A DNA stretch of 57,850 nt, filler included, from Catajapyx aquilonaris (taxonomy: Eukaryota), in assembly GCA_000934665.2 (NCBI GenBank). It is 2 parts of 2 records of this genome, joined end to end, with 100 filler letters (N's around TTAATTAATTAA, not from the genome) between each part and the next. Parts side by side here need not be neighbours in the genome. Positions count along the whole stretch, not along the records: positions 28,914 to 57,850 come from KZ539240.1; 1 more part is not named here. One strand, 5' to 3'. Below the pieces are notes generated by a model. It did not search any database. It worked only from the letters and a program-made list of their open reading frames with translations, and was not told the origin of the DNA. Both the position numbers and the translations under genes were made by a program. Of the stretch, positions 32,911-44,900 are shown piece after piece; the stretch's first letter is position 1; the number at the start of each line of letters is the position of its first letter.

Positions 32911-35900
32911 CTGTAAAGAAAAGAACAATGCAGAGTCAGAATGATGATAGTAAAGGCATTTTGCCTACTTTTCAGCAAATTTTGCCTCCAGTTAGCTCAA
33001 AAAAGAGCAAGTAGTAACAATAGGAGCAAAGAACAACACATGAACATAGAAAAGTCCCACTATCTGCTCCATAGAATGAAATCACTTGCTCATCTATTTC
33101 ATGGCGTCATACTGGATGCACAATTATTACTAGTGGCTCATGTGATTCACCTTTGATGAGTGCGCTCTGTACAGATCCTTCAAATAATTCAATACAGATG
33201 GTCAACTAACCAGAATTTAGCTCCCGGACAAGGCTGGACATGGCATTGGTGACAGAATCAGCGGCCACAAGAAGATTGTTACGAAGACTGCGTACACTGG
33301 ATGCAGACCCACCAGACCCTGAGGAACCGGTGGTTCCGAAGGCCATTCGAACCTCTCCACCAACACCAGCCAATAGGTCAGAGTGTGGGTGAGAACCAGG
33401 AGTAGGAGGTGCCGAACGTGACACACTTGCTCCATATGATGAAGAAGGTGGAGGCGGTGACTTGGCTGATCGTGGTGATGAGTTTGGCGTGGACTGCGAT
33501 GAACTCTGGTGATTCTAATGACATCCGGTCAGACAATGTTCTTAAACTTACATTCTCACTCACCTTCAGCATCTTCATTAAACCCTCCAACTGCACCATT
33601 AGCTGCCTCCTGGAATCCTGCAGCGATGCCAGGTGAGACTCCAGTTCCTCTTTCCTCTGGCGCAAGGCCCGCAGTTCAGCCAGAAGGGCAGGATTCTCTG
33701 TCCCATTTACAATCCCAGCTGCTTCCAGTTCTTGCTGGTGCCTACACAATATGGCATAGAGCAAGTGAGACACCAAGAAAATTGACACAGTCCGTCTACC
33801 ACGGGCAGCTTGTACAACTTCATTTCAAGAGATATGTTTAGAATCTTCAGCACTAGACTGTCACAATACAGAACAATCATGCAACAAATGCTCACCTGAG
33901 CCTGGCAATTTCCCTCATAATTTCCCTATTCTTGGCCTCCAGCTGAGCTATGAGCTCACGTTGAGCACGACTCGAATCCAGACTCAGACTGCCTTGAGAC
34001 GCTGCTCTAGTCTAGCATTAGTCAGTACAGAAAAATTATTAATCCATTCCAAATATTAATGGAAGCAATTATTGGAACACAACTATTGGTAACTGTGTAG
34101 TCATGCCTCATTGCAATGCTGTGAATATTAATTATCATATGATTCAGTTCATAGGAGGAAATTTGAGTACACATTTACCAAATCACACTGACTATATATG
34201 AAGGACTACATGCAACTTTGTCAAGTTTTGGACTGAAGTTAATGCTTTGATGTTACTGAATCAGGTGAAGATGGTCTAACCATCAAAGTAACTCTTCTTA
34301 CCCTCCTGAATTTTGAAAATTTTTGGATTTTCTAATTCTGCTTGGCCTATAGTGTTGAGAAAACATCACCTCCGCTGCTGATTTCCACGTAAGCAGGGTG
34401 AAAATACAGCCAAAATGCGATATTCCGAAGCCACAACACCTGTATCCGGTCGCAAGTCGCCAGTCCCGGCTGCCCAGTCGCGGTTCCCTTTCACTGGTGT
34501 CTGTAAAGGCCGCTTCACAAACTCGGCGTTGCGAAAGTGGGGCGTGTGGGCCTTCCGCTCATCGCACGCAGAAAGTCCACCCGGTTGGACGCCAGTGCAA
34601 CGCTCGCGCTCGGTCATCGCATGCAGCATTTGTGAATAGCCCTTCGCAAATATCCCGTGCTCCGCACGCCCCGCTCACGTAAATCCTAGTTTCGCTAGCT
34701 TTCGCAACGCCGAGTTTGTGAAGCGGCCTTAACAGGTCTGTACCTCTCTCCGGTGCTCTCTAAGGCTCTCCATTATTATAATCGCGTTCGACTTCAAAGC
34801 GTGCAAGATGACCGTTCTCCTTCGCAGCACCGGAGAGTGCTACAGACGCGGTGAAAGGCGACCGCGACTGGGCAGCCGGGACCAGTGACTCGCGACCGGT
34901 TGTGGCTTTGGAATATCGCCTTTTGGCTGTATTTTCACCCTGCTAACGTGGAAATTAGCAGTGAAGGTGATGTTTTCTCAACACTATAGGCCAAGCAGAA
35001 TTAGAAAATCCAAAAATGTTAAAAATTCAGGAGGATAAGAAGAGTTACTTTGGTTGTAAGAGATAAGACGGAGAAGATCTTCGGTATTTCAATGTTAAGG
35101 CCACAATTTTCAATGTGTGAAGAATCGAATGCGAATGCCAAGTCAATACCCTAAATTGTAGAAGGTTAGCACCTAAAAGCCCTGAAAAATGTAAGCAGTA
35201 CACATAAAAGTTGACCAAATGTCAGGTGTCCCGCATGGTGTCCAGTGACAAGACATTCCTACTTTTTTTAAAGGCACATCTGAACATTGCAATATGGTCA
35301 AGTTTCTATTTATACTATTAAACTAAACACTTGACCTCATTGCAATGTGCAGATGCAGCATTTTTCAGCAGAACTAATGTGACACGCTGAAGCGTCAAAG
35401 AGGCATTACTGAGAGAATTCACCGAAACACACAGCGCTGAATTTACCCCCCGCCCCCCCCCCAACCCCCTCGGCCGCCCTTAGGCACTTGAGATCCACCT
35501 CCCCCCGCCCATGACGCTTACAAATTCCATATGTTGTGTTCTCTAATTCATTCTTTTTGTACATGCAGTTGTAAATATTTTGTCAGATCAGTACTAATTC
35601 ATTTTATTTTATTTAAAAAAATTATATTGTAAGTTATGGCCACCTTTCGGCTATTACCTTTTCTGCCTGTAGTGGTAAATCAAGAGCTCAAAAATTTGAT
35701 TTTCCTTGTGATCTCGCCTTTATTTCCTATTATTGTATTTGAGAAATATTTATTGCAACTCGCGGCTGCCGCTAGGCCAGCTCTGGAACACAAATAGGAT
35801 TCAGGATTATGACAGATTATGACAGGAAGTTATTCACAATCTGCACATGGTTTGTGAATGTCATAAGGTTTGTTCTAGGGCTCAGGTTACATTAGGCCTA

Positions 35901-38900
35901 GAACCAGTTAGTGCTTGAATGTTACACTTGGAATGGTTACTTCTTTTGAGTGTGTTCACTGTAGTGTCTATTATCTACATGGCGGTAGGTTTTACATGTG
36001 ATAGGTTTTTATAATTTATTTTTTTATAATGGATACCCCGTGATAGGCCTTGGGCCTCTTAGGGGATCTTCTTTTGGTGAACCGACTTTAATAATTGCCT
36101 GCGTGTGATGGATTTTGATTGCAAGAGGAAATGGGTGAACCCCGAGAAAACCCACGCAAACACGGAGAGAACCCATCGGAACTCTATCCACATAAGTATC
36201 CCCTGCGCGACCCGGGGATCGAACTCGGGACCTTAAGAGGTGGAAGGGTGTGGCGCTAACCACTCCGGCGACAACCTGTCGCCCACAATTATGTGATAGG
36301 TCTTTTATAGTGATTTTCTCCATTCTTGACATCCCTTTAATTTGCCTAGTCACATCACATTTTGAACCTCTACACAACCTCGACATGTTTCCGGTTTCAT
36401 ATCCTGCTACCCTTTCCAACAACGGTTACATCATGCCCAGTATGGCTGACCAATGCACGGGTCCAAAATAACAATGAGTGGTCATTCCAAAGCTGGACTG
36501 AAGCATATCCTGAATGTCCTTGTAGTGGCACGATTCACTGTCAAAATCTTCCTGCTTCAATTTTTTTACCATGTTGCCATCGATTAGTCCCAAACTGACC
36601 ATGTCAAAAGTCAGGGTTCCCTCTTCCCCACTTTTTAACTGTGTAAACATTTTTCCGCTTTTTACCCGACACGCCGGGGCAGCATTGCACTCCCTTAGCT
36701 GCACGGGGCCAGAGAAAAGGTCTGGTGATCTGAGAGTCGTGAGTGACTATAAACCGTGGATGCCCCCCCTTGGGAACCTTTCCCCTCCCCCCAAAACGAG
36801 CCGCAATGGCTCGAGCACGGGGTAACAATATTTAAAATAATAATAAAAACTGTGTAAACATCATTTTTATTGCAACACATAACTTTTCAGATGCTAGGGA
36901 CTATGTGGGTAATTATGTGCATTACCTCAAAAATTTTAAATTTGGCTATCACAACTTACCACAGCTACATAAATGAGGTAAATGACCAGAGTGGTGATGT
37001 CAACTGACTTACATCATTAATGATGGTGCCTTTCCTTTTCACACCCCTACATTTTTAACTTGATTAAAATATAAGATGATTTACTAGTCTGGCTTGATTT
37101 AATTGTCCTTAGTAATCAAGGGTCAGTGCAGAAATGAATGTCAGAATATTAAATAGCAATCAAAAATTAATCAGGAAAAGCCATGAACCATCACAATGTA
37201 AAACATCAAAGGCTTACAAAAATGCGAAGGTTGGTGTTCATGAGACAATGTTCCAATCATATCCAAGTATAACTTACATTCCAGAATTTAAGCATACTAG
37301 ATTAAAAGTGGTTTGCTAGGAGAGCCAAGTAAGAAACAGGTACAGCAGTTATTGTGTGACAGTCAGTTATGTGTAATTCCAATGGATCAATGCTGGCAGC
37401 AATCATAATGCTTCTCTAACCTTACAGACCTAACTAGATCACTGGATCAACCTATATCTAGAAATTGTCAACATTCCGGAAATTTAGCAATGCCCCTTCA
37501 TTCACTTATCTCCCTTATTTCCAGTAGACATGGTGTCTAGCATGTTATCTAGTCGGCAGCGCATTCCTTGGCCCAAAACAAGTCAAAATGTAGGTGACGG
37601 AAATGGCAAGGAACCAATGGGTATTGAGGTAGATGACCTGTCACATTGCCCTGCCTCTAGGCACATGCTGCAACACACAAGACACTTCTTTGTAGGAAGA
37701 TTGCCTGACAGATGGTCCTGCATACCTTACAATAGTTGCCTAGGGACCAGGATATGAGCGTCATAATCCTGACTGCAAAAAAGGTGATCTTTGCAATATA
37801 CGAGGGTCATTCAGAAATGATTTACTCTCTTGAATTTCCCCACTGAAGAAGTGGTCATAGAAGGTCCATTATTCCCCACTATATGGAACGAGCCTTCCTG
37901 AGTGTGCCACAAAAAATTGTACGCCATTCGTGTCAGTTGCATTGTCACGGTGCCCACCGAAAGTAGTGCCAGTAGCTCTCGTCATGGACAACGTTGCAGG
38001 AGACTACCACGGGCAGAGGTGGACCACATGGTTTTTGTGGACCGAAGGAGTGGCAGCGACAGATATTCATCCTACTGGTGGACTGGCTGGAGAAGGGCAA
38101 TACGATCAACAGCGAAAGGTACAGTGTCACCCTTGGTCATCTGGTCAAAGGATCCAGCAACGCCGCAAAGGGAAGTGGGCGCGGAAGGTCTTGCTCCTTC
38201 ATGATAACTCTCGTCCGGCGGAGTCAGGTCCGGGGAATATGGTGGGTGGTTCAAGATTGTGTATCCCAGCTGTTCCAGCAAAGATGTCGTTGCACGGCTG
38301 GTGTGGGGCTGAGCGTTATCGTGGAGGAGCAAGACTTTCCGCACCCACTTCCCTTTGCGGCGTTGCTGGATCCTTCGACGCAGACGATGAAGGGTGACAC
38401 CGTACCTTTCACTGTTGATCGTATTGCCCTTCTCCAGCCACTCCACCAGTAGGATGAATATCTGTTGCTGCCACTCCTTCCGTCCACAAAAACCACGTGG
38501 TCCACCGCTGCCCATGGTAGTCTCCTGCAACGTTGTCCATGACGAGAGCTACGGGCACTACTTTCGGCGGGCACCATGACGATGCAACTGAGACGAATGG
38601 CGTCCAATTTTTTGTGGCACACTCAGGAAGACTCGTTCCATCTAGTGGTGAATAATGGAACTTCTAGGATCACTTCTTCAGAGGGAAAAAGAAAGAGTGT
38701 AAATCATTTCCGAACGACTTGTCACTCTCATATCCTGCTCCCTAGACAACTATTGTAAGGGGAGCAGGAGCATCTGTCAGTTGATCTCCCTACAAAAAGG
38801 TGTCCTGTATGTTGCCTCTTGTGTCTACAGCCAAGCCAGTGTGTCAAGTCTAGCCATCTACCTTGTCACTGGTTGATCTCTCAACATTTCTCCTCCCTAC

Positions 38901-41900
38901 ATTTTATACTTGTTTTGAGCCAAAATGTACATTGGCACCTGATCTCCCACTAATAAGAAACACCCCATATGTATACAGGATGTATCATGCTTGTGACGAG
39001 GCATAGTGGTGTAGTGGCTAACATCACAGTCTTCCACCTCTGAGTTGTGTGTCTGGTCAGACAGAGGAGTTTCTCTTGTGAAATAGTCCAGTCATTTGGT
39101 AGTTTGGACAGGAAAAAATTGCTGAAGAATTTTTCTCGACGGATCTATATGTTTTTTGGGGTGCTGAATCTGAAAATCTTGTTATCGACTAGATTCGGAT
39201 ATGGATTCACCATAAAAATTGCGACACACCATACAATTTCGGAAGTTCTTTTAGTTTTCCGCTTATAACTCCGAAACGATGCATCCTAGAGGGACATCAC
39301 TCTCTATCAAAATGAAAGCTGATAAAATGCCCGAAATAATAAGACTAGAAGCAGCCCGCTAGCTTTTTTCGTTTGGCCGCTAGAGCGCGCTAAAGATTGA
39401 CCATAGTTTTCAAGTTATCCAAAATCTTCAGTGGGTATACTATAGGCTTCGAAAGTGTGAAATACAAAGATTTTGGATAACTTGAAACCTATGGTCAATC
39501 TTTAGTGCGCTCTAGCGGCCAAACGAAAAATGCTAGCGAGCTGGTTCTAGTCTTATTATTTAGGGCATTTTATCAGCTTTCATTTTGATAGAGAGTGATT
39601 TCCCTCTAGGATGCATCGTTTCGGAGTTATAAGCGGAAAACTAAAAGAACTTCCGAAATTTTATGGTTTTTCGCAATTTTTATGGTGAAGCCATATCCGA
39701 ATCTAGTCGATAACTAGATTTTCAGATTCAGCACCCCAAAAAACATATAGATCCGTCGAGAAAAATTCTTCAGCAATTTTTTCCTGAATCGACTACTTTC
39801 CGTCACCAAATGACTGGACCAGGGAGCATATACTACATAAGAGGCGCAAACTTTGTCGGCGCCATTGTTGTTCGCGTCTCTCAGTTTATAGGGCGTTGTC
39901 AAGGCCGGCGGCCATCTTGACGTGTGTGGTATGTCAACGAGGTGTAAATAGGGTACAGGCAGGCCGTCAAGGTCCGCCATCTTTGATCGTTTGGGCTGCC
40001 ATGGCAATACACGGCGCGAATTTGAATTCGATATTGGAAAATGGGTAAGTAAATTGTTATTGCCGTGTATTGCCATGGCAGCCCAAACCATCAAAGATGG
40101 CGAACCCCGCGGACATTGACGACCTGCCTGTACCCTATTTACACCTCGTTGACATACCACACACGTCAAGATGGCCGCCGGCCTTGACAACGCCATAAAC
40201 AGAGAGACGAAAAAAATCGAATGTTTGCGCCTCTTATGTAGTATAATATACTACATAAGAGGCGCAAACATTCGATTATCCATGGAAACTCTTTTTAGTC
40301 CAGTCAGGGAGCATATTATGCTCCCTGACTGGACTAAAAAGAGTTTCCATGGATTCTATCTATGTTCACATTGAATTTCTTGGGATACTCCTATTTTCTC
40401 TAACAGTCCAAACACCTCTTCCCCTATGCCAAATAGCCTGCTTTGGCTTCCATAATAAAGTAAACCAAACCACATCATACTAGTGGGACATTCAGCCCCT
40501 ATTGGTCTCCATGGCCCAAAACAAGTGTAAAATGTAGGGGTGAAAAATGCCAAGGAACCATCTATTAATGATGTAGACTACATTTCAGACTTGCCTTGGG
40601 CCAGGGAGACCACTGGCAGCTGCCATAACCAGTAGACCACCGTGCCCCCTGCACAGTTCGTAATTGCTGCCAAACTGACATGTTTTGCCTGTCATTGTAT
40701 TCTATACCATGCCAATTTGACTGCCATCTCAACTCTCTGCTATTGTTTGTGACAAATTATCCCAATCAATTCCCATCACCAACTGCCCACCTCCTCTTGG
40801 CAAGGAATGCTTCTGCTACTCTAGAACTGGAGTGGCTAAACTGCCTGAATTCCAATTTTCCATCTGATTATTACGGGACATTTAAACTTGAACGAACTTT
40901 TGATTTGCTCTTCCATGAAAATCATCTACATCTTGGCCACACAGAACGGGTGAACTTTTATATTCATTCATTTGACCAAATAAATCAAAGCAGAAACACA
41001 ATTCCAGAACCTGACCAAAATGCATATTTCCCTCTCCACATGCTGTCAACATGCTAAAGTTCCAAGCATAGTACTCGACCGCTACTATTGCACTACTAGT
41101 TCAAGGGCAAGTCAAATACAAATGGTTTTGCATAAGCTGAAGTGGAAGTTTGTTTAAGACAGAGCCACATGGAATTGTCACCATTAAATGGAAGCATTTA
41201 CAAAGTGTTCTTCGATAATGAGGAGAGCTGTCACTTTGGAATGGCCATGTAGTCACTTCCTTCATACACCAACTTTCCAATAGTGAGGTGTGAATGCCTG
41301 TTCATATCATAATATTACTCCATGTATATTTCATTTCAGGGCACCTCAAGCCATTTTTATTTGATTGCCATTGTACTATGTGGAACAAAGCGAGCTCACG
41401 TCCATGCCAGTATGTCACAGACTGCTTGCTTATTAGCTGGTTACCCAACTTGGGGGCAGACATTAAGGGTTGCTTTTTTTTAAGTTTTGGTTGAATTTTC
41501 GTCCACGGACGAAAATTCCACCCTTTACCTTTATCATCCATTAGCATGCTAGCTAATTCAAATTCTTAGACAGGTAACCAGCTGATAGGTGAGCTGTCCT
41601 CAATATATTCATACTAATGCAGATGTGAGCTGACTTTTCTATAGGGTATTTTCACTTGGTAGTAGTTTATGATCTTTTCCATTCATATGCATATTTCGGG
41701 TGATTTCCAGTGTGCAGGCTTAAAGTAACTGGACACATTGCAAACAACCCTTGCCCTATTTGACAAAAATACATATTTTGCCCTTACGTGCATGCCTTCT
41801 ACTTTCCGTAACTCATAATATTATTTGGCCACCCCCAAAGAAATGGAGTGGTGGGGTTATACACAAGATGTAATAAAAAGTTTCCATTAAGATTATCTGG

Positions 41901-44900
41901 ACTTTAGAATGGATAATTATGAATAGTAACAATTAAGCTAGGAGGATACCAAATTTGAAGTAAATTTGACAGTTAACAACTGAAATAAATACCATTATAC
42001 CTCAGACAGTGAATTTCTGTGGGGTCTGGTAAAAATTGCTGCCACTAAGTTTATTTCTTACTTAGCGGGATGTAAATGTTGATAATCAACCTCAGGGGCC
42101 ACACAAACCCAAAAACAGTATTGACATTAATTACAAAAAACCTACCACAGAATTAGAAAACATTTATCACGGCTTGCAGATATGAAATTTTCTGTGCACT
42201 TTTGAATTAAGGAATATTTAAAGCCATTTTACTTTAATTGAATTGAAATTTTTTATCATAGCACATTGGACTGAGTTCTAGATAAACAATACTATCACAT
42301 TTTAATTTATTAATAAATAACACCGTTAAATGTGGTACAGCCAAGTGTATCAATTTCTGAAAAAATACACTTGCGATAAATAACATAAACATCGTGGCAG
42401 CAATTTTTACCATACCCCACAGAAATTCACTGTCCAAGGTATAATCGTATTTATTTTAATTGCTAACTGTCAAATTACCTTCAACTTTGGTATCCTCCTA
42501 GCACAATTGTTACTATGCATAATTATCCATTCTAAAGTCCAGATAATCTTCATGGAAACTTTTTATCACATCTTGTGTATAACCCCACCACTCCATTTCC
42601 TTGGGAGTGGCCGAATAATTATGGGTTTGGGCAAGTATAAAGATTGCTGTTTAAAAAGGCTCTAAGTACCACAAAATTAGCACACAACCTGTCACACATC
42701 TATTAGCACATATCCTAATCCTTGTTAACAAATGCAATTGTTTCATAAAGAGTCTCCAAACCTTTTTTACATTAGCTTTTGCAGCTGCCACAATGACAAG
42801 AATGATCTCAACCTGATGACAACTAATGTACACAATACAGAGTGTTTGTTACTAGTCCAGCGAGGGGCCGTCAGCGTATTCCTTGAGCCAAAAGAAGTCA
42901 AAAATGTAGGGGGGAAAATGTCGAGATAGCAATCTTTAATATGACCTTGACCAGAAACATTGGTCAATTGTTGCCGAAGGAGCAGGATATGAGCATGAAA
43001 ATCGCGACTGTTGGGATTTGTAAGGTCACCTCTTTCACAGAAGTGATCATCACCGCTCATATCCTGCAACTTCGGCAACCACCGCCTAATGTTTCTGGTC
43101 GTCTACCTGGTTAACGGTTGGTCCCTCGACATTTCTCCCCCCTACATTTTCGACTTGTTTTGGCCCAAGAAATACGCTGACGGCCGCTCACTGGACTAGT
43201 AAACAACACACTGTATAATTTCCAGAAAAAATCATGTATGCCACTTGTAAAGCTACAATCGTAAACTCAAATAAGATCATGTGTGACACTATTCATAACA
43301 CCCAGCTTCTTGAAATATACTGTACAGGTAACAGTTTGCATTTTCAACTTTAAACAATGTGCAATAATTCCAGTACTTAAGGGCCTTTTGAAACTGCAGT
43401 GTTTTCTCCTCACACTCTCCTGTTAAAAATCACCCAGTGAATATGACATTATCAACATGCTACGCACAAAATCTCTAGTGTATGCAAGACAATGCAATGG
43501 TGTCATGCAAATAGTAAAACTGAGGCAAAATCTACCTGAACCCCCTTGGGAAGCGGCCATGGCTTAGAGAGAAGAAAATGCAAGTTTGGGCCATGTCCAA
43601 TGCTGCAAGGATTTTAAAAGACAACTTTCTGTGCACTCACCGGATTTTTAACCTCTGAGGCTAGGCGAGCAGCGTAGCGAGCAATCAGGCGATGCTCATC
43701 ATCCATCCGGGTAGAATCCAAGCTGGAGTGGTATTTGCTCGGTCTAAGTACAGGGGTATATAGACTCAGTGGGGTTGTGCCAAGAAATAAAAATGGAATG
43801 CTTACGTCTGACTGATTGATGACCTACTATCCAGAGAACCCATGTCAAAAGGAGGATGCAACCCCTCACGAAAGCCATTGTGGGAAGGCAAGGGGGATGG
43901 AGGGCTAAAAATGGAGAAATTTCATTATTACAGCACATGTTACTGTTAAAACATAACTTACACTATGTGTGAAAGATTTAGAGGTTTCTCTGGCTCATCT
44001 GGGAATCTAGGAATGTTGTTCCTACTCTTCTCTGGAACGCATCTAAATGACTTCCGCAGTGAATGCCCAATCTGCTTGGTTGGAGACTGAAAGAGCAGGA
44101 ATTGCAACACACTCCAGTCAAGAGTACATGAAAAGGATGGTGACTTACAAATGTAGCATATTCTTTCACTTCATGGTCATTGGTGTGAGTTCCGGACGTA
44201 CGGCCCTTCCAGAAGCACTCTTGGCACAGCTGGTAGTTATGGCACTTTTGGCACTTGTAACGGAACCCACTGAAGCCTTCACGCTGACAGCCACTACACT
44301 GAGTTGGGTGAACCACTAATATGAAACAAATTAAAATTTTATAATCATGTAACTGCTAAAAATAACTTGTGAAAGTAATTGGTTAATTTGGCGAGATTGC
44401 AGAGAGAATGGTCAATGGGGAATGCCCAAAATGACCCCTTTGTCACATGATTCTCCCCCAGAATAACGAAGGTTAGGAATTCAAATTTCATCGCTTTCAA
44501 AGGGCATTAGTTGTACATTGCAATTACTTGTTAGGGACAAGAATGTCAAAGAGACTATCTCGCCTTTTCCGGGATGATTTGAGCATTTGGTATGACCATT
44601 CCTTTCCCCAGTGCTCAGGAGGTAATAAGCAATCAAACTAATTCAGCGCCCACTGAACTTCAATACCCTACCTTGCAGATAGTTTGCCCTGAGATGCATT
44701 CATCTCAGCCTGCTTGGGATAACTAACAGGAATATGGCAAGGTTATCTCTTTGCCCAGCCAATCACATCCGGCCACTTAAGCAGGGTCCACACTGTCTTA
44801 TTTTCTGTTAAGGAACAGTCCCATTACGAGCGGTTGCGAGAAACTGAGGCAGTGTGGAGCGCTTCTCCTATTCAATTCCTGATGTCACGTGAGGACTTGA

